Shown here piece after piece: positions 6,175 through 10,236 of a DNA stretch of 10,236 nt. Below the pieces are notes generated by a model that was given only the letters and a program-made list of their open reading frames with translations, was not told the origin of the DNA and did no database searches. Source of the DNA: a virus (Duplodnaviria; Heunggongvirae; Uroviricota; Caudoviricetes); IMG/VR virus record IMGVR_UViG_2974644367_000001, positions 1-10,236 of that record; one strand, 5' to 3'. Numbering within the stretch: position 1 is the stretch's first letter; every line of letters starts with the position of its first letter. The translations under genes were made by a program, and so were the position numbers.

Positions 6175-6265
6175 GGAAGGGCAAATCGACTGGCGACGAA
6201 AACGGTCTTGAAAACCGCCGAGCGTTAATAGCGCCTTGAGGGTTCGACTCCCTCTCCTTCCGCCA
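6175..6265 (+). tRNA. tRNA-Ser(TGA)
   Basis: GGAAGGG/TCCTTCC, loop CT-TGA-AA, long variable arm, GCCA. Confidence 0.93.
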
Positions 6266-6266
6266 C

Positions 6267-6341
6267 GGTCTAATTAGCTTATATGGTAAAGCAACGGTCT
6301 GAAAAGCCGTGGAACAGGGTTCGAATCCCGATAGACCGCCA
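6267..6341 (+). tRNA. tRNA-Phe(GAA), irregular acceptor and T stems
   Basis: ACGGT-CTGAAAA-GCCGT anticodon arm; GGTCTA/TAGACC; the T stem pairs only with a bulge; GCCA. Confidence 0.75.
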
Positions 6342-6348
6342 AATTCAA

Positions 6349-6424
6349 CGGTGTGTAACTCAATTGGCAGAGTGGGTGGCTTTTAACCACAGGGTTGCAG
6401 GTTCGATGCCTGTCACACCGACCA
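6349..6424 (+). tRNA. tRNA-Lys(TTT)
   Basis: CGGTGTG/CACACCG, loop CT-TTT-AA, ACCA. Confidence 0.93.
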
Positions 6425-6432
6425 AACAAAAT

Positions 6433-6509
6433 GGACTATTAACTCAACTGGTCAGAGTACCCGACTCTTAATCGGGAGGTTCAGGGTTCGACTCCCTGAT
6501 AGTCTACCA
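6433..6509 (+). tRNA. tRNA-Lys(CTT)
   Basis: GGACTAT/ATAGTCT, CCCGA-CTCTTAA-TCGGG, ACCA. Confidence 0.95.
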
Positions 6510-6520
6510 AATTTCTTAGT

Positions 6521-6593
6521 AGTGGTATGGCAGAGATGGTCATGCACTTCCTTCATACGGAAGCCTACATCGGTTCAAGTCCGATTACCACTT
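6521..6593 (+). tRNA. tRNA-Met/Ile2(CAT), third copy, no encoded CCA
   Basis: AGTGGTA/TACCACT, CTTCC-TTCATAC-GGAAG; followed by T-CTA instead of N-CCA. Confidence 0.85.
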
Positions 6594-6607
6594 CTAAGAG
6601 ATTTAAT

Positions 6608-6682
6608 TGTGGGTTAGCATAAATGGTAATGCAAACGCCTGATAAGCGTTAGAAGAGGGTTCGATACCCTCACCTACGACCA
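6608..6682 (+). tRNA. tRNA-Ile(GAT)
   Basis: TGTGGGT/ACCTACG, AACGC-CTGATAA-GCGTT, ACCA. Confidence 0.93.
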
Positions 6683-6688
6683 AACAAT

Positions 6689-6764
6689 CGGGGTATGGAG
6701 TAATTGGCAACTCTACGGTTTTTGAGGCCGTCAGTTTTCGGTTCGAATCCGAATGCCCCCGCCA
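6689..6764 (+). tRNA. tRNA-Gln(TTG)
   Basis: CGGGGTA/TGCCCCC (1:72 mismatch), ACGGT-TTTTGAG-GCCGT, GCCA. Confidence 0.92.
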
Positions 6765-6770
6765 AACGAT

Positions 6771-6847
6771 GCACCCTTAGAACAAACGGATAGTTCCACT
6801 GTCTTCTAAACAGTTAGTTACAGGTTCGAATCCTGTAGGGTGTGCCA
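6771..6847 (+). tRNA. tRNA-Arg(TCT)
   Basis: GCACCCT/AGGGTGT, ACTGT-CTTCTAA-ACAGT, GCCA. Confidence 0.95.
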
Positions 6848-6853
6848 AAAAAT

Positions 6854-7020
6854 GGGTGATTCTGCAACGGTGGAGCTAGGCCAGCTTTGAAGCCGTAAAA
6901 TGGGAATGCAGTATCTACTGACGATAGTTCTTGAAAGTAGTTTGTGAAGCCGGACTAACAGATTATGAGTAATGGGCGACAATAGGTCGTGGAGAGGTTC
7001 GAATCCTTAATCACTCGCCA
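6854..7020 (+). ncRNA. 167-nt tRNA-mimic RNA: acceptor stem, T arm and CCA around a ~130-nt multi-hairpin insert
   Basis: GGGTGATT (6854-6861) pairs with AATCACTC (7009-7016), then G-CCA; GAGG-TTCGAAT-CCTT T arm; no D arm or anticodon arm recognisable. Confidence 0.75.
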
Positions 7021-7028
7021 AATTTAGG

Positions 7029-7057
7029 TTGACAGGTGAAACAATCTCCTGTAATCT
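7029..7057 (+). promoter_or_regulatory. Sigma70-type promoter ahead of the tmRNA-like element
   Basis: TTGACA-17-TAATCT. Confidence 0.65.
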
Positions 7058-7063
7058 TTACCG

Positions 7064-7264
7064 TAGTTTTCGTTGGGTATGCTTCTATTTTTATCATTTA
7101 AAATAAATGCAAATGATGCTCAATTTCTGGCAGTGGCGTAATAGCTAAACACCAGTAGGGTCTTCCGACTCCCTATCACCGAATTCGGCGTAGAGTTGTC
7201 CCGTCTATGATTGCCAAACGGGGCTTCAACCTAAAAGGTTCTTACGAGAGTCTTTCAGATTGAA
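7064..7264 (+). ncRNA. tmRNA-like mRNA domain (tag ANDAQFLAVA**) without an attached tRNA-like domain
   Basis: AATAAAT-GCA resume context; 10-codon tag 7109-7138; TAA TAG in a hairpin loop; two H-type pseudoknot pairings downstream; no T arm/CCA end. Confidence 0.75.
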
Positions 7265-7265
7265 T

Positions 7266-7342
7266 GGCGTAATATCCCAATTGGCAGAGGAAGCAGGTTC
7301 AAACCCTGTTCAGTGTGGGTTCGACTCCCACTTACGCTACCA
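7266..7342 (+). tRNA. tRNA-Leu(CAA), short variable loop
   Basis: GGCGTAA/TTACGCT, GCAGG-TTCAAAC-CCTGT, ACCA. Confidence 0.9.
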
Positions 7343-7472
7343 GATTCAGATGTCTTTATAATCGTCCCTGAAATGACGGGGCAATTAAGGAGGTGGTCTG
7401 TATCTCCTGACTGTCAGGATAACCAGTAGAGCGTTAATAACACTGAGAAGTGTGATGAGTCGCTTGATAAAT

Positions 7473-7548
7473 GCAAGTATGATGTCAATAGGTAACATGG
7501 CGTCCTTCCAAGTCGCTCTTGCGGGTTCGAGTCCCGCTACTTGCTCCA
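7473..7548 (+). tRNA. tRNA-Gly(TCC)
   Basis: GCAAGTA/TACTTGC, loop CT-TCC-AA, U73, CCA. Confidence 0.93.
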
Positions 7549-7554
7549 AATTAT

Positions 7555-7630
7555 AGGGGGTTAGTTTAACTGGCAAAATATCGGCTTCCAAACCCGTAAG
7601 TTGAAGGTTCGAATCCTTCACCCCTTGCCA
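7555..7630 (+). tRNA. tRNA-Trp(CCA)
   Basis: AGGGGGT/ACCCCTT, G73, loop TT-CCA-AA; only 3 pairs in the anticodon stem. Confidence 0.8.
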
Positions 7631-7639
7631 ATTCAGAAT

Positions 7640-7714
7640 GCCTCCATCATATAAGGGCTATTATGCCTGTTTTGTAATCAGGTCATCGCGGTTCGAATCC
7701 GTGTGGGGGCACCA
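7640..7714 (+). tRNA. tRNA-Thr(TGT)
   Basis: GCCTCCA/TGGGGGC, loop TT-TGT-AA, ACCA. Confidence 0.92.
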
Positions 7715-7720
7715 AATAAT

Positions 7721-7796
7721 ACTCGTATAGCTCAGATGGTAGAGCGGCATCTTTACACGTTGCTGGTCAGGCGTTCGAGTCGCCTTGCGAGTACCA
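7721..7796 (+). tRNA. tRNA-Val(TAC)
   Basis: ACTCGTA/TGCGAGT, loop TT-TAC-AC, ACCA. Confidence 0.93.
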
Positions 7797-7802
7797 AACA
7801 AT

Positions 7803-7880
7803 GGCTGTGTAGCCCAACTTGGCAGAGGCACTACGCTAAGAACGTATTCAGTGTGGGTTCGAATCCCTCCACAGCTACCA
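7803..7880 (+). tRNA. tRNA-Leu(AAG), A34, short variable loop
   Basis: GGCTGTG/CACAGCT; TACG-CTAAGAA-CGTA puts AAG at 34-36; A73; CCA. Confidence 0.8.
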
Positions 7881-7886
7881 AACAAT

Positions 7887-7963
7887 AGACCTTTATCTTA
7901 AATGGACAGAGACTCAAGCTACGAACTTGAGAGGTTCGGGTTCGAATCCCGAAAGGTCTTCCA
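7887..7963 (+). tRNA. tRNA-Arg(ACG)
   Basis: AGACCTT/AAGGTCT, TCAAG-CTACGAA-CTTGA, TCCA. Confidence 0.95.
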
Positions 7964-7965
7964 AT

Positions 7966-8042
7966 AGGATGTTCGTATAGTTGGCCTATTACACCGGACT
8001 CTGAATCCGGTTACGATGGTTCGAGTCCATCACGTCCTGCCA
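7966..8042 (+). tRNA. tRNA-Gln(CTG)
   Basis: AGGATGT/ACGTCCT, CCGGA-CTCTGAA-TCCGG, GCCA. Confidence 0.93.
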
Positions 8043-8048
8043 AACAAT

Positions 8049-8125
8049 AGGTGATTACCCCAATTGGCAGAGGGTAGGAGCTTAAACCTCCGATGTTGAG
8101 AGTTCGAATCTCTCATCACCTACCA
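8049..8125 (+). tRNA. tRNA-Leu(TAA), short variable loop
   Basis: AGGTGAT/ATCACCT, loop CT-TAA-AC, ACCA. Confidence 0.9.
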
Positions 8126-8127
8126 AT

Positions 8128-8205
8128 GGAGTTGGTATCATAAATGGATAATGACCCTGACTGTGAATCAGGTCTATGCGGGTTCGAATCCCGTCCTTCT
8201 CCCCA
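8128..8205 (+). tRNA. tRNA-His(GTG)
   Basis: G-1:C73 pair, GAGTTGG/CCTTCTC (two U.U), CCTGA-CTGTGAA-TCAGG, CCA. Confidence 0.92.
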
Positions 8206-8211
8206 AATTCT

Positions 8212-8304
8212 GGAAGATTAACCCTAAATGGTAAGGGAAGTGTTTGCTAAACACTCAGTAACCGAGAAATCGGCGTACCAGTTCAAGTCTGGTATCTTCC
8301 TCCA
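8212..8304 (+). tRNA. tRNA-Ser(GCT)
   Basis: GGAAGAT/ATCTTCC, AGTGT-TTGCTAA-ACACT, long variable arm, TCCA. Confidence 0.93.
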
Positions 8305-8320
8305 ATTCGTAAGGTGTATA

Positions 8321-9055
8321 ATGGCTGTCACAGACCAAACTAAGCAAATCTTCAGTTTAATGCAGTCTGGTAAGGCTTTTAAAAATCCTCTGGCGAGTGC
8401 ATCATCAAGTCTGTCTTCAAGTATTAGTTCCGGTACATCTGGAATGAACACACTGAAGAGCAACCTGACAAATCCAACCGCTCAGACGGCTTTACAGAAT
8501 GCTGGCATTAACACGACATTACTGACAAGTGGTGCAGGGGCTTTAACCTCTTCAGCTTCGACTGTTACAAGTCTCGTCAGTTATGGTCAGACCTCAGTTA
8601 ACGAGTTCTCTCAGAGAATGCAGTTGGCAGAGGGTTACAAGAGTTCTTACGAATCTCTTACAGGCACTTCCGCAGGTTGTTCACCTTTCAACTCCGTAAT
8701 GGGTGTTGCACAAGGAATCGGACAGTCAGCAATGAATGCTTACAACACGGTGATGACCGGAGTTAACTCAGCTATCAGTGCATTGAATGATGCTATCGCA
8801 AAAGGTCTTGCAACTATTCAGGACTTAGCAGCAGCAGCATACGCAAAGATTAATGAGCTTATCACAAAGGCCAAAGAGTTTGCACAGAAGGTTGTTGATA
8901 TGATTGCTGAAGAAGCAAGCCTAATCAGTGATTACCTGAAGACTCAAGCCAGTGCGTTTATGGCGAAGTATATGCCAGATTGGTTCAAGGACTCTTGTAA
9001 GAGTGCTGTGACAAATAACGTGGCAACCGATGAATTGAAAGCAGCAGCGAAATAA
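8321..9055 (+). CDS. Hypothetical Ser/Ala/Thr-rich helical protein, 244 aa
   Basis: AAGGTG SD before ATG 8321 (MAVTDQTKQIF...); the track's start at 8228 lies inside tRNA-Ser(GCT). Confidence 0.88.
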   Translation: MAVTDQTKQIFSLMQSGKAFKNPLASASSSLSSSISSGTSGMNTLKSNLTNPTAQTALQNAGINTTLLTSGAGALTSSASTVTSLVSYGQTSVNEFSQRMQLAEGYKSSYESLTGTSAGCSPFNSVMGVAQGIGQSAMNAYNTVMTGVNSAISALNDAIAKGLATIQDLAAAAYAKINELITKAKEFAQKVVDMIAEEASLISDYLKTQASAFMAKYMPDWFKDSCKSAVTNNVATDELKAAAK

Positions 9056-9056
9056 T

Positions 9057-9133
9057 GGCGCGATGACTGAAACACAAATGGTGTCCGTCTGCAAAACGGA
9101 AAAATGAGGGTGGGATTCCCTCTCGCGTCTCCA
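9057..9133 (+). tRNA. tRNA-Cys(GCA), non-canonical T loop
   Basis: GGCGCGA/TCGCGTC, U73, TCCGT-CTGCAAA-ACGGA; T loop TGGGATT. Confidence 0.8.
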
Positions 9134-9264
9134 ATAAGTCCTCTTGAGAGTCAGGGTATCGCTACCTCTTGGCTCTTGGGAGGCAGCTTTCGAGTCATAC
9201 TTAAAGTGTCTTTCCGAAGAGTTTTTGAGTATGTTTCGGCATACAGGCAGTTGCGGTTTCCTTT

Positions 9265-9287
9265 GTGGCGCTAGTCGCCACCTTTTT
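9265..9287 (+). terminator. Possible terminator
   Basis: GTGGCG-CTAGT-CGCCAC followed by C and T5. Confidence 0.5.
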
Positions 9288-9328
9288 CCAAACTGTCAGT
9301 AGTGTGTACATTTTCAACTCATTTCTTC

Positions 9329-9352
9329 GGAGGCTTTTTAGCCTCCTTTTTT
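9329..9352 (+). terminator. Rho-independent terminator ending the tRNA island transcript
   Basis: GGAGGCT-TTTT-AGCCTCC followed by T6. Confidence 0.85.
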
Positions 9353-9369
9353 CGTTTATGGAGCAAAGA

Positions 9370-9552
9370 ATGAACGAACAACAGATTAAAGAACTGCAAC
9401 TTAAAGCCGAACTGTATGACCTCTCAAAATCCAATCAGGAGATGAGTGCGGTTATCAGAAACGTAATTATCAGCCTTGCAACCTCACTGAAGGTTGACCC
9501 GAATGAGTATAACCTGCAAGAGCTATTGGATAAGGTCTCAGAAGCTGTGTAA
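9370..9552 (+). CDS. Small coiled-coil protein, 60 aa; possible gp57A-like tail-fibre chaperone
   Basis: GGAG SD 6 nt before ATG 9370 (MNEQQIKELQLKAELYDL...); the track's start at 9265 lies upstream of the terminator. Confidence 0.75.
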   Translation: MNEQQIKELQLKAELYDLSKSNQEMSAVIRNVIISLATSLKVDPNEYNLQELLDKVSEAV

Positions 9553-9584
9553 GCCTCTGTGAGCTATTTTATGGAGTAACCCTA

Positions 9585-10236
9585 ATGAACCTTACCGAAG
9601 TTAAACAGCAGCGTCTGAGGGACGTACAGGCCGTTTTAGCGGGTACTATCAAACTTGAGCCAGCAGTTGTAAAACTTCTCGCCAAGTATGGAAAGCCAGT
9701 TGAAAAACTGCTTCCAAGTCAAATCTTGACATTGAGAAAGTATACGCTTGAAGAGGTTGAACTTCTCATGAGGCTGTTGACAAATAAGAAGTTTATTGCC
9801 CCACAGCCCGGCTCTCAAGAGGCATTGCTGAACACCACAACTGACATCACACTCTATGGTGGTGCGGCTGGTTCCGGTAAGACGGTTGCTATCCTGATGG
9901 ATGCCCTTCAGCATAAAGATGACCCTGATTACTACGCTGTATTCTTCCGTAAAAACACCACACAGTTATCAGGTGGTCTTTGGCCTGCCGCTAAAAAATT
10001 GTATGGCATGTTCGGGGGAGTTCCACATGAACAGAAGATGGTGATTCAATTCCCTTCTGGCGCATCAATCAAGTTCTCTTACATGGAACTGGAAAAACAC
10101 GCAGAAGCCCATCAGGGTATCGAATACTCAGCAATTTATTGGGATGAGTTTACTCACTTCTCACAGAGTCAGGTTGATTACCTGATGACTCGTATGCGTT
10201 CTGGTGCAGATGGTGACTCGTACATGAAATGTTCGA
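9585..10236 (+). CDS. terL: Terminase large subunit, 5' part (runs off the window; absent from ORF track)
   Basis: Hand translation open to the window end: MNLTEVKQQRL...PQPGSQ (adenine binding)...LYGGAAGSGKT (Walker A)...SAIYWDE (Walker B); GGAG SD 8 nt upstream. Confidence 0.96.
   Translation, partial: MNLTEVKQQRLRDVQAVLAGTIKLEPAVVKLLAKYGKPVEKLLPSQILTLRKYTLEEVELLMRLLTNKKFIAPQPGSQEALLNTTTDITLYGGAAGSGKTVAILMDALQHKDDPDYYAVFFRKNTTQLSGGLWPAAKKLYGMFGGVPHEQKMVIQFPSGASIKFSYMELEKHAEAHQGIEYSAIYWDEFTHFSQSQVDYLMTRMRSGADGDSYMKCS

Noticed and set aside
6854-7020. tRNA-Sec or group I intron-containing tRNA
   Set aside because: No TCA anticodon arm; the insert is too short for a group I intron and no exon junction restoring a cloverleaf was found.
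7107-7148. ATG-started peptide MQMMLNFWQWRNS* overlapping the tag region (possible Trp leader)
   Set aside because: No SD and no attenuator or trp genes; the other frame matches tmRNA resume context, tag length and stop placement far better.
6854-7181. One-piece tmRNA from GGGTGAT (6854) to a T-arm-like TAGGG...CCCTA-TCACC (7156-7180)
   Set aside because: No G3.U70, no CCA after 7180, a 10-nt loop, and 6854 already has a better partner followed by GCCA at 7009-7020; an internal promoter also splits the span.
7266-7342. Reading the anticodon as TCA (opal suppressor/Sec)
   Set aside because: The GCAGG/CCTGT stem fixes the 7-nt loop TTCAAAC, centring CAA.
4712-8463. Track ORFs across the RNA island (4712-5011, 5225-5485, 5479-5667, 6283-6471, 7385-7621, 7661-7885, 7703-7888, 8224-8463)
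   Set aside because: They overlap clear tRNA or structured RNA genes; chance open frames.
9201-9914. Minus ORFs 9201-9434 and 9636-9914
   Set aside because: Antisense to the terminators, the 60-aa gene and terL.

Overview
Lytic phage DNA. The terminase sequence and gene order (non-coding repeat zone, endolysin, Ig-like protein, tRNA island, terminase) recall Felix O1-like/Ounavirinae-type myoviruses; this placement is from recall and needs a BLAST. (i) 1-870: non-coding, AT-rich zone full of TGTTAAGA/TTAACA motifs whose orientation flips. (ii) 877-3937: minus-strand run of 9 genes, including a GH24 endolysin between two identical terminators, a Big_2 Ig-like protein, and two small ORFs absent from the ORF track. 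(iii) 4355-4720: probable terminase small subunit. (iv) 4760-9350: plus-strand RNA island with 28 tRNA genes covering all 20 amino acids, one 244-aa ORF, and several non-tRNA structured RNAs. (v) 9370-end: a 60-aa coiled-coil protein and the 5' part of the terminase large subunit. The most striking signal is inside the RNA island. A promoter-led, stand-alone tmRNA mRNA-like domain (resume-context match, tag ANDAQFLAVA, tandem stops in a hairpin loop, pseudoknots, no tRNA-like domain of its own) sits directly behind a 167-nt CCA-ending tRNA mimic. Two further structured RNAs lie upstream, one displaying a 16S anti-Shine-Dalgarno sequence in a loop. All folds were paired by eye, not computed.
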